Source of the DNA: a virus
Reading direction: 5' to 3' (one strand)
Length of the DNA stretch: 64,000 nucleotides
Virus record (IMG/VR): IMGVR_UViG_3300012665_001507
The notes beneath the pieces were generated by a model. The model saw only the letters and a program-made list of their open reading frames with translations. It had not been told where the DNA came from and made no database searches. Shown here one piece after another: positions 49,445-58,247 of the stretch (the first letter of the stretch is position 1; each line of letters opens with the position of its first letter). Both the position numbers and the translations under genes were made by a program.

Positions 49445-49471
49445 AAAAAAGGCCCTAAAATAGGGCCTTTT
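49445..49471. terminator. Intrinsic terminator
   Basis: AAAAGGCCCTA-AAA-TAGGGCCTTTT perfect 11-bp stem. Confidence 0.85.
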
Positions 49472-49490
49472 GATACTTTTTATATTTTTA

Positions 49491-50255
49491 TTAGATATCT
49501 TCTTCTTCGAATTCATCAGTATTAACTGTAAAGCTTTTTTTGATGTCTGGTTCACTATAATCATAGTCAACATCATCTTGTTTTAAAGTATATTCTTCTT
49601 TTTTGTCGTTACCCATAACATCATACGCTCCTTCTTTGTCGGCCCAATAATCAGTTAATTTTTGACTGTAAGGAAAAGAACTTAATGAACGCATTTCTAA
49701 TTTTTCAACTGGAGTTGGATTTCTTTTAACGATTTCTTTTTCTAAATCTTCAATTTTAGCAGAAACTGAATCCATTCTAGCGATACGTGCTTCTAAGTCG
49801 GATAACTTGCTCATTAACATTTCAGAGTTTTGACTAGCTTGTTCAGCAGCAGCTTTAGCGTCTTCCGAACCTTGTACCAATGAAGTAACATCTACTTCAA
49901 CTGAATCATCGACTGGTTCTTCAATTGCTGGTTCTTCAATTGCTGGTTCCGCTTCTGGTTCTGGCATGTCACCTACAGGTGCATCATCAACTGGTTCAGC
50001 GTCAACACCTAATTCACCAGCAACAGCGTCAGCAGCATTTGCATCTACTTCACCGTTACCTTCAGCATCTGCTGGTTGTAAATCATCTGGTGCTTCGTCA
50101 CCTTCAGCTTCTTCTAATTCAGTACCTAATAAAAGTGCTTCATCTTTATATTCTACTTCAGATTTTTCACCAGTATAAAAATCGTAATTTTCAAGCATTT
50201 TGAATCTTTTCAATTCTTCTTTAAGTAATTCTGGGTTAAATTTGTTTTTGCTCAT
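49491..50255 (-). CDS. Highly acidic protein with coiled coil (scaffold or head-internal candidate)
   Basis: N-terminal LLKEELKRFKMLE, E/D/P/A-rich linker with EPAIE duplication, coiled coil. Confidence 0.7.
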   Translation of the reverse strand: MSKNKFNPELLKEELKRFKMLENYDFYTGEKSEVEYKDEALLLGTELEEAEGDEAPDDLQPADAEGNGEVDANAADAVAGELGVDAEPVDDAPVGDMPEPEAEPAIEEPAIEEPVDDSVEVDVTSLVQGSEDAKAAAEQASQNSEMLMSKLSDLEARIARMDSVSAKIEDLEKEIVKRNPTPVEKLEMRSLSSFPYSQKLTDYWADKEGAYDVMGNDKKEEYTLKQDDVDYDYSEPDIKKSFTVNTDEFEEEDI

Positions 50256-50446
50256 TAGAATAATAATTGTCTTCCGTCTTCTGTTATTATTTTTTTGTTG
50301 ATTCTTTCTACAAGGCTTTTATCCCCTTTAATAACACAAACACCAGAACTACAATCCAAATTCGGGTCTTGATTTTCAGTATTTAAAAAACCTTCTAGGG
50401 CTTTGTCTAAATTACTAACTTGTTTTTTATTTTCTTTATTTTCCAT
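50255..50446 (-). CDS. Small hypothetical protein (CSSGVC motif)
   Basis: Start moved to MENKENK at 50446; the track's longer start spans a TATTTATA motif. Confidence 0.7.
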   Translation of the reverse strand: MENKENKKQVSNLDKALEGFLNTENQDPNLDCSSGVCVIKGDKSLVERINKKIITEDGRQLLF

Positions 50447-50479
50447 GATGTATATTTTTTTGCAAATATTATCTTTTAA

Positions 50480-50487
50480 TATAAATA
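50480..50487 (-). promoter_or_regulatory. TATTTATA candidate late promoter
   Basis: 33 nt upstream of the ATG at 50446. Confidence 0.55.
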
Positions 50488-50498
50488 TCACAAAATCA

Positions 50499-50900
50499 TT
50501 AAAAAACCCTACTTATATTGAAAATAGTGAGTTCATCATTGTTAATCAGAATCATTTTGTTTTGATATTCTTCCCAATCTATTTTAACCGACTTATTATC
50601 CATGTTACCAATTGATTCTGGATACTTTTCTTGGATTAGTTTGTTTAGTGCGTTTATAGTGTATAAAGCATTACCTTTTTTGTGGATAGGTACAGCACTA
50701 GGGAATAAATTTTTAAGATTTAATGGTTTATCTTCTGGAATTGAGATTTTAAATGTCATAATAACTTTAGACTCATCATCCAAATTTTTGTAACAAAACA
50801 CTTTGTCTTTGCCAAGCTTAAATTTTGAATCTAAGTAGCTAAGAAACCATTCCACTCTCTCTGGGAATATGAATGACGCTAGAAGTATTGTTTTGTTCAT
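50499..50900 (-). CDS. Hypothetical protein
   Basis: 133 aa; IHKKGNALYTINALN motif. Confidence 0.75.
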   Translation of the reverse strand: MNKTILLASFIFPERVEWFLSYLDSKFKLGKDKVFCYKNLDDESKVIMTFKISIPEDKPLNLKNLFPSAVPIHKKGNALYTINALNKLIQEKYPESIGNMDNKSVKIDWEEYQNKMILINNDELTIFNISRVF

Positions 50901-51489
50901 TGGTTATAGAAAATAAATATGGTATATATCGAACTTGATTGTCAAGTTCTTCAACAGTTTTTTTATATTCTATAAGTATCTTATCGTTAGTCAAAAAGAC
51001 TGAACTTTTATTGATTAATTTTTGTTTTATTTTATTATAATCTAAACCAATATATTTTAATAGTTTTAAATCAACCCCAAAGATTATTTTTTCAGCATAA
51101 ATGTATAACATCTGACCATTTTGGTAAGTAATTTTATTTTCCATAGAATGAAATTTTCTTATTACTTTTCTAATTGTTCTAGAATTGTATTGAATCGGGT
51201 CAACAAAAACGTAGCTTATTTCAGAAATCAAATCAGTAAGAACCTTGGTGATAAACCATGATAAATCTTCTTCGTATTTATCTCTTTTTTCTGTTCTTTT
51301 AACTGTCCAATATAAGTTTTCACCTAATTTTCGGTCCATAACATCAAACTCTGGATAATGCTTATTCACATAATCAAACCCAAGTATTAGTGTAGGTAAA
51401 CCATGGATAATACTATCCATGGATTCCACTACATTAAATTCTTGTGAAACATTTACCTTTTGGGTTGAAACTATATTTGCAATCTTCAT
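50839..51489 (-). CDS. Hypothetical protein
   Basis: 216 aa; own promoter 4 nt before the ATG; 62-nt overlap with the next gene. Confidence 0.75.
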   Translation of the reverse strand: MKIANIVSTQKVNVSQEFNVVESMDSIIHGLPTLILGFDYVNKHYPEFDVMDRKLGENLYWTVKRTEKRDKYEEDLSWFITKVLTDLISEISYVFVDPIQYNSRTIRKVIRKFHSMENKITYQNGQMLYIYAEKIIFGVDLKLLKYIGLDYNKIKQKLINKSSVFLTNDKILIEYKKTVEELDNQVRYIPYLFSITNEQNNTSSVIHIPRESGMVS

Positions 51490-51493
51490 ACTG

Positions 51494-51525
51494 CAAAGGT
51501 ACTACTTTTTTTATAATAAAGCAAA
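51494..51525 (-). promoter_or_regulatory. Bacteroidota-type promoter 4 nt from the ATG at 51489
   Basis: TTTG-N20-TACCTTTG-N4-ATG. Confidence 0.7.
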
Positions 51526-51528
51526 TTT

Positions 51529-54500
51529 TTATAACCAAGTATCCATTTTATCGTCAACATTAATATCATAACCGTAATCTTTTAATGTAATAGCAATAGC
51601 AGCACAATAATTTGTTGGGTTGTTATTATCACCCCATGGAGCATATACGTTGGTGTATTGTCTTAAAGTCATCGATTGACCTTGTGTGTAGTTATATTCG
51701 ATATTTTCTTTATATTTAACACCTGTTTTTTTGAAGATTTCATTCGATTCACCATCATAACACTTAACATAACTAGCAGATTTTGTGGCAACTGGATTTC
51801 CATCTGCCCATCTGATTAATTTATCATCTAAGTATCTTGTCCAACCTTCTTTCCATGTACCATAAACAGCAAAACCTCCATCACCTCTTAAATTACCTGG
51901 ATTTCTTCTATTTGGTGCCGTACCAAACCCTTCAAGTAAAGCTTGGGTTAACCCAATAACACCTTTTTTATTTAATGCACCATTTGTAAAGAACCCAGTA
52001 ACTTTTTTAAACCCTTCAATCGATGCATCACAATCTCTATTAGCACCACATTTATATGTACCGTTTAACAATTTAACTATCGAAGATTTATATGATTGTT
52101 GAACACTCATCGCTTTTTCAATACTAGGACAACCAACTTCAGTTTTTAGAGCATTTTCACCACCGTCACCTTTTTCTATTGTTCTATAAGCACAACCAGT
52201 ATACACCGATTCTTTACCATCTGGTGTTTTAGGGTTTATAACTATAGCATCATAAGGCTTAGTAAGGTCTATTTTTTGGTTGAAAATTGTTTCACTACCT
52301 TCCATTAAACATTTAGCCGTTTTACCATGGTATTCCCAGTGCCAAACTTCATCGTAATTACCACCATTTCTAGCCCATTTTGGGTTTATAAAACCAAATC
52401 TATATGAATTATTATATAACCATTCTAATATTGGGTCATTTTTAAAATCAAAATCACTAGCTGGGCTACCACCTTTACCTCTATAATTTCTTACAAATAA
52501 TTTACCGTTTTTGTCAACCCAAGTCCAATCCACAGCAATACCCCATCCGTGATACGATGTACCAGCTTTAGCTGTATTTCTACTTCCTTCAATAGATTTT
52601 TGCACACTATATGGGCGATAGAAGGAACTAGCTTGACCGTAAATAATTTTATCTCCTTGTTTTTTACCTTTTAAAACACCACTACTAACTTTACCATCAA
52701 TCCAAGTTGTTAATTCAGTTAACATTTTCTTAAACGCATTAGCACCTTCTGTTATCATGAAACCATTCTCACCAGCTACATTTGTAAATTTAGTACCACT
52801 CAAATCAACTGTTTTATTTGTTATTGAACCAATTGTTTTACCTAATTCCATATAACCATTTGTTACCCCATTGTCAATCAAAGTCGCAACTATTGGTTGG
52901 AAACTTCCACTAATTGAACCACCACCAGCACCGTTACCCTCAGATAATCCTAAGTCATCTACAAATGACATATACAAATCCATTGCAGTAACCAAAGGTG
53001 TTTCTGCATATCTAATTCTAACACCTGTAAAATTTGTAGACATATGATTAGGTTTTATAGAGTGTTTAACTCTAGTAATCATATATGCACCATGAAACAT
53101 TGGTATGTTGTCTAGTTGAAAATACATCATTGGTTGAATCATGGCATTACCCATCATTTCAACTTCAGCAGTATAACTTCTAACAGCATAAACATTGTAA
53201 AGATTTTGACCAGCAATTGTTCTATTGGTATTACTACCCTTTTGTGATATATCATCTTGTATTTGTAATGATTCATCAGTTTCTGTGAATTCACTTTGGT
53301 CTAAGTTGATATCTTTAAATATATTTTGATTTTGTTGACTGTATCTAACAACAAAGGCACCAACTGGGTCTTCGTGTGCTTCACTATCTGTTTTAAAGTC
53401 ATCTGGAATACTAGGGTCAAGGTTTACACCATTTTCGTTATGTATACATCTAAGGTCAAAACCATCATTTGGGTAATCAGAATTAGCATACGCTAAATGC
53501 TGAGATTTTTGACCAACATATGCACAAACAAATGAAGGACCACACGTACCACTTAGCATCGCTTGCTCGTGGTTACCAAATGGTGTAAAGATTGCTTCAA
53601 CTTCAGCAGCATCTCTAAAATTAATAAAAGTAGGTAATGCGATAAAATCAAAATTATTGTCGTTTAATAACTGACTTATCGAATCATATGCTGATGTATT
53701 TGGATTTTCTAATAAATATTTATTTACAGGTAATGGGTTTATATATAACAAATCACCAATATCTCTAAACGACCTACTAATAAATCTAAAGCTATCAATT
53801 AGTCTAGGTGTTGCCGAACTACCAAACTTAATAGCTGCCGCACTATCAACTCTGCTTCTATTAACACCGCATTGAAAGATTATATTTTTTGGGTCTGTTG
53901 TGCCAGCTAACCATTTATCATGTATATTTTTACATGTTCTATATAATTGAAATTTAATAACATCTTCATTTGTACTACCAAATATTTGTTGCTCCAATTC
54001 TTTTTTATCATTTGTTGGTGATAAAGCAGAGTTATCGGTTAAATGTTTGATTATAGTATTAAAATAAACATCGAAAACACTGTTTTCATCAGCATATATT
54101 CCATCACGAAGATTTCCCTTCCAGTCTCCTTTAACACCATAAGATTCATCTAATGGCCCTCTCCAAATGTTAAAATTGTTATTTACAATAACAACCTGTT
54201 GGACTAATGAATCAATAATTCTTTTAACTGACTCATTACTATCATAACCACCTTTTAATTCTAATCTAAAACCACTTCCTTCACCATAAATAAATTGTGG
54301 TATTATGACATCATACTTATCTTTATTTTTTAAATTGTTAATTTGAGAAAGGTCGCTGTATGAACTATTTAATAAAGTTTCAAAACTAGAACCATTACCA
54401 TTCCAAATTTCTAGCCCATCTTTAATCGAATCCCAAGTTATAAAATCACCGTTTCCATTTACAAACTCAAAAAAGATTTTTTTAAATTCATTTCTAACTT

Positions 54501-57500
54501 GTAATGGTAAAGTACGTAGCAAATCCCCTTTACTTATATCCACATTTCTAACGTTAACACCACCACCACCAGCACCATTAATCATACCCGTAATATGTTG
54601 ATATTTAGTTGGTATATTCTCAAAATATAAAATTTTATTAGTGTTCTTTTCAACATTTTTTCTCCATTTTATAGGGTCATTAACACCAGAACCACCACCT
54701 ATTTGTTGACCATTAATTGTTTCTGGTTCTGCCGTTGACAGTCTCCAAAGAATACTTCCCACATAAGCACACCAAAGTCTTGGTGCTTGTACAAATCCAC
54801 CACGAATATCAAATAAATGTCTAATATAATAAATAGTACTATTCCAACCTTCTTTAAATTCTCCAGGATTATATTCTGAATTTTGGTCAACACCCATAGT
54901 AACAAAAGGTAAAGTATGTAAAAACAACATTGCTTTAGCATATTCACTAGTTTGATTATAATATAAAGGTGAACCAAATAAAATAATACCATCTTGGTCT
55001 GAATAACGCACATTATCTGGTTCATCTTTATCGCCTGGTACCCATCCATGTGATAACATAACAAATGGATAAGTTAATTTAGAAGTACTAGTCAACGATT
55101 CAATTAGTAATTCTCTATTGTTACCCCATTTTTTATGGAAAGGCGAATTAACATCATCATAGTTAATCGGTTGATTGTTTGCTGGTATTTTTTTGGGGTT
55201 ACTAGCTAAGTCAAATATTGATTTTTTACCACCAGAGGCAGCTCTGGTGTATGCTAATCCTGGTTTTTTGTTTCCATAAAAAATAAACATTAATGGTGAC
55301 TCAACACCATTAATATCAACAATTTTTGAAAATTCTTGTATACCATGCGGTCCAGCAAAAACATTGAACCCAGCTTCTTTTACTTGTGAAGGTAATAAAA
55401 TTTCACTATTTAAAATTGACTGTTTTAATGGAATAATATCATTTTTTAATCCTTCTATAGGGTATAATTGTCTTGTTGTATTGTATTCATCCACTGTTAA
55501 TATTTCAACATATGTACCACCATCTAAATATTTAGGATAATATGTAGTTGGTACGGCACCATTAACACTTGGACCAAAAGCAGAAGAGTAATTTGTTAAA
55601 AACAAATCCTCCGTTTCTTCTTTACGTTTTTGTAAAGTTGATAAATTTATAGATGATTCTGAATCTTGACCAACTTTACCCCATGACGCATTGTTAAAAT
55701 CTCCAGATATTGGTATTAATTTAAACGTTTCTGGATTTTCTCCCCCTTGAAATATGTAATTATAAAAATAATAAGTAGCGGGTTTAGCTTGGCCACTAAT
55801 AGTAGCCGTCTTTTTTTTAACTACATCTCTGGATACACCATTAATTACACCTTGTGTTTTCTTTATTTCTTTTATATCTAAATTACTTATCGCTAGTTTA
55901 ACAGTATCGTTAGTAACACCTCGTAATATAGCATTTGCTTCAGCTAATGCCATAGTTTCAATTTCAGCTTTATCTAAAGTTGCTGAATCATTGGTATACC
56001 CTAGAAAAGTCATACCCCTAATTAACATAAGTCTAACAACATCGTTTGATGTTAAAAGTTCTGCCCTAGAATAAGGTTCTGTTTCTAGATAGATACTTGT
56101 GTCTATTGGGTTTATAGGATACCAAGTGGTTTCCCCTTCTTCCATGTCTTGAACCACATCGTTAATAACTTCTTGAGCTCTTAAAAAAGCGTTTAATAAA
56201 TCCTCAATAAAAATTAATTCATCAACGTCTTGTGGTCTATCTAAAACACCAGGTTCACCTAAGTATTTATTTACATAAGTTTTTGTTGTTTCATCTCTTT
56301 CTCTATAATCTGGCCAAGCAAAAAAATCTAGTTTTTCTAAATTTGGTTTTTTAATGTCAGAGTTTACTATATCTGTACCAAATTTTGCTTGTAATTGTGC
56401 TGTTCTAGGTAAATTATCTGGTCTTTCAGCGGCTGTAGATACAGTATATATTGTTTCCATGAAAACTTCTATAGCTGTAGTAAAAACTTCAATTAATTTT
56501 CTAACAGTTGGTTCAAATCCTAATTTTTCAGCAACTGTTGCTTTTAATTTATTGGCCAATTCTTCTTTCTTTGATTTGGTTTGTTTATTTACCAAAGTTC
56601 TAGTAACATCAATTTTATTATATAACCCATTCATGTTATATATATTTAACAACTTTGTTCCACCTACAGTATAATCCTTTGACAATGTTGTAAAAACTTT
56701 ATTTTTAATCTCATTAAAATTACTTGGTGAACCTAGAGTTTCTTTAAGTTTGTTATCTATAATAACGTCATATTTTGCTGGGTCAAACATGTCTTTAGAT
56801 ACAGCAGAATACAAACCTTTGTCCGTGTTTATTGTGTCAAATAAAAGAAAATAAGATTCATCTAAACTAGCCCCAGCATTTTTTTCGTTAAAACTTTTTA
56901 TGTTATCACTAATCTGTGTTTTATACGTTTTTATTTCTTGGTTATCAGCATCGGTTAAATCTTTACTGTCTTTTACAATAAATGGATATTTGTTCTTTGT
57001 GTTATCTTTACCGTTTAAATCTAAATAACTACCCAAAGCTTTGATTGTTATTTCTATATTTGTTAAATCTTCCAAAGCAGCCACCCCATTACCGTAAGCA
57101 TCTGCCTCTGGTGATTCACCAGCGATTTTTTTAACCCCTTCGTTAATTTTTTGAATTCTTTGCATTAATTCGACCAACTTCAGTACTTTATAACCACGTT
57201 CTGTGTCGTATCTATCATGAATTTCACCACCAATTTTAGTAAAAGGGATTGCTTTAAGATATCCCATTAACATATCTGATAACATAGCATATGTGTAACC
57301 AATAAACTGACATGTAATCTCAAAATTACCCGTTTGGGAATTAAATTTTGAGTTAAACTTTAACATGTGTAAACAATATGTCACTGGTTTACCATAATAT
57401 CCTTTAATTTCTAACTCAAATTTTGGATAAGGTAATTGGAAAAAAGTAGAATATTTATTTGCTGTGTTATTACCAGAAATATTTTCTTCGTTTTGAAAAA

Positions 57501-57915
57501 TAGCACTACCTCTAACGTCAACAAAATTAATGTTAACCATTGGTGCCATTGATGAATTAAAATCTATATCAATACTAGTAATACCTAAAGCCTCATCATT
57601 ATTTGAATCAGAAGCTAAAACAGTTAAATCAGTATAATTTGTTGTTAAAACTTTTTTACCCGCAACAGTACTACCTTCAATAAAGTTGATAGTCATTGTT
57701 GTTGTGCTTTCTTTGGTACCAGTAGTTGCTTTATCACCACTACTAGTTAAAACAGTTCTACCCTTTCTTTCTGTTTTTAAAACAACAGAAATATTTAAGT
57801 CTTCCAAAGGTACCGATAAATTACTCTCTGAATTTTGACCATAGAAGTTATTTGGGTCAACAATTTTTGTTCTACCCGCTTGACATCCTATTTTATTATC
57901 TACTTTATTCGCCAT
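51529..57915 (-). CDS. Baseplate hub-like protein fused to M15 (VanY-like) peptidase and lysozyme-like domain
   Basis: Hub-type YTAEVEMMGN...GAYMITRVKHSI; M15 motifs SFYR, SYHGWGIAVD, EVWHWEY; C-terminal NPGNL...YAP..DNNNPTNY. Confidence 0.75.
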   Translation of the reverse strand: MANKVDNKIGCQAGRTKIVDPNNFYGQNSESNLSVPLEDLNISVVLKTERKGRTVLTSSGDKATTGTKESTTTMTINFIEGSTVAGKKVLTTNYTDLTVLASDSNNDEALGITSIDIDFNSSMAPMVNINFVDVRGSAIFQNEENISGNNTANKYSTFFQLPYPKFELEIKGYYGKPVTYCLHMLKFNSKFNSQTGNFEITCQFIGYTYAMLSDMLMGYLKAIPFTKIGGEIHDRYDTERGYKVLKLVELMQRIQKINEGVKKIAGESPEADAYGNGVAALEDLTNIEITIKALGSYLDLNGKDNTKNKYPFIVKDSKDLTDADNQEIKTYKTQISDNIKSFNEKNAGASLDESYFLLFDTINTDKGLYSAVSKDMFDPAKYDVIIDNKLKETLGSPSNFNEIKNKVFTTLSKDYTVGGTKLLNIYNMNGLYNKIDVTRTLVNKQTKSKKEELANKLKATVAEKLGFEPTVRKLIEVFTTAIEVFMETIYTVSTAAERPDNLPRTAQLQAKFGTDIVNSDIKKPNLEKLDFFAWPDYRERDETTKTYVNKYLGEPGVLDRPQDVDELIFIEDLLNAFLRAQEVINDVVQDMEEGETTWYPINPIDTSIYLETEPYSRAELLTSNDVVRLMLIRGMTFLGYTNDSATLDKAEIETMALAEANAILRGVTNDTVKLAISNLDIKEIKKTQGVINGVSRDVVKKKTATISGQAKPATYYFYNYIFQGGENPETFKLIPISGDFNNASWGKVGQDSESSINLSTLQKRKEETEDLFLTNYSSAFGPSVNGAVPTTYYPKYLDGGTYVEILTVDEYNTTRQLYPIEGLKNDIIPLKQSILNSEILLPSQVKEAGFNVFAGPHGIQEFSKIVDINGVESPLMFIFYGNKKPGLAYTRAASGGKKSIFDLASNPKKIPANNQPINYDDVNSPFHKKWGNNRELLIESLTSTSKLTYPFVMLSHGWVPGDKDEPDNVRYSDQDGIILFGSPLYYNQTSEYAKAMLFLHTLPFVTMGVDQNSEYNPGEFKEGWNSTIYYIRHLFDIRGGFVQAPRLWCAYVGSILWRLSTAEPETINGQQIGGGSGVNDPIKWRKNVEKNTNKILYFENIPTKYQHITGMINGAGGGGVNVRNVDISKGDLLRTLPLQVRNEFKKIFFEFVNGNGDFITWDSIKDGLEIWNGNGSSFETLLNSSYSDLSQINNLKNKDKYDVIIPQFIYGEGSGFRLELKGGYDSNESVKRIIDSLVQQVVIVNNNFNIWRGPLDESYGVKGDWKGNLRDGIYADENSVFDVYFNTIIKHLTDNSALSPTNDKKELEQQIFGSTNEDVIKFQLYRTCKNIHDKWLAGTTDPKNIIFQCGVNRSRVDSAAAIKFGSSATPRLIDSFRFISRSFRDIGDLLYINPLPVNKYLLENPNTSAYDSISQLLNDNNFDFIALPTFINFRDAAEVEAIFTPFGNHEQAMLSGTCGPSFVCAYVGQKSQHLAYANSDYPNDGFDLRCIHNENGVNLDPSIPDDFKTDSEAHEDPVGAFVVRYSQQNQNIFKDINLDQSEFTETDESLQIQDDISQKGSNTNRTIAGQNLYNVYAVRSYTAEVEMMGNAMIQPMMYFQLDNIPMFHGAYMITRVKHSIKPNHMSTNFTGVRIRYAETPLVTAMDLYMSFVDDLGLSEGNGAGGGSISGSFQPIVATLIDNGVTNGYMELGKTIGSITNKTVDLSGTKFTNVAGENGFMITEGANAFKKMLTELTTWIDGKVSSGVLKGKKQGDKIIYGQASSFYRPYSVQKSIEGSRNTAKAGTSYHGWGIAVDWTWVDKNGKLFVRNYRGKGGSPASDFDFKNDPILEWLYNNSYRFGFINPKWARNGGNYDEVWHWEYHGKTAKCLMEGSETIFNQKIDLTKPYDAIVINPKTPDGKESVYTGCAYRTIEKGDGGENALKTEVGCPSIEKAMSVQQSYKSSIVKLLNGTYKCGANRDCDASIEGFKKVTGFFTNGALNKKGVIGLTQALLEGFGTAPNRRNPGNLRGDGGFAVYGTWKEGWTRYLDDKLIRWADGNPVATKSASYVKCYDGESNEIFKKTGVKYKENIEYNYTQGQSMTLRQYTNVYAPWGDNNNPTNYCAAIAITLKDYGYDINVDDKMDTWL

Positions 57916-58225
57916 ATAATATTTTATGATTCAGTACTTGTTCGTTATACCTTCCTATAGCACTATCAAAAGGAAAAGGTATTCTAATGAGTGTCATATC
58001 TGGTATATTAAACTCTAATCCACCAAATTGTGGGTTAGCTAACATAATTACCCAACCACTATATGGGTTATTATAATACAACTGACTCAATTTGTCAAGT
58101 CTAGTTAGTCCATGTTTATAAACCATAGTTTTATCGCTACCAGCTTGTGGTATCGGAATACCAACAACTGGCTTCATATCAGCGTTAACTCTGAACGCAT
58201 TATATCTATCAACGTATTGTGCCAT
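57905..58225 (-). CDS. Baseplate LysM/gpX/gp53-like protein
   Basis: RLDKLSQLYYNNPYSGWVIMLANP...IRIP; position between tube initiator and hub. Confidence 0.75.
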   Translation of the reverse strand: MAQYVDRYNAFRVNADMKPVVGIPIPQAGSDKTMVYKHGLTRLDKLSQLYYNNPYSGWVIMLANPQFGGLEFNIPDMTLIRIPFPFDSAIGRYNEQVLNHKILYGE

Positions 58226-58247
58226 AACTTAATTTATTTATTTATAT

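Noticed and set aside
58239-58246. TATAAATA in sense orientation upstream of 58225 (T4-type late promoter)
   Set aside because: Single case inside an (AAAT)n A-rich translation initiation region; the other sites have the opposite orientation.
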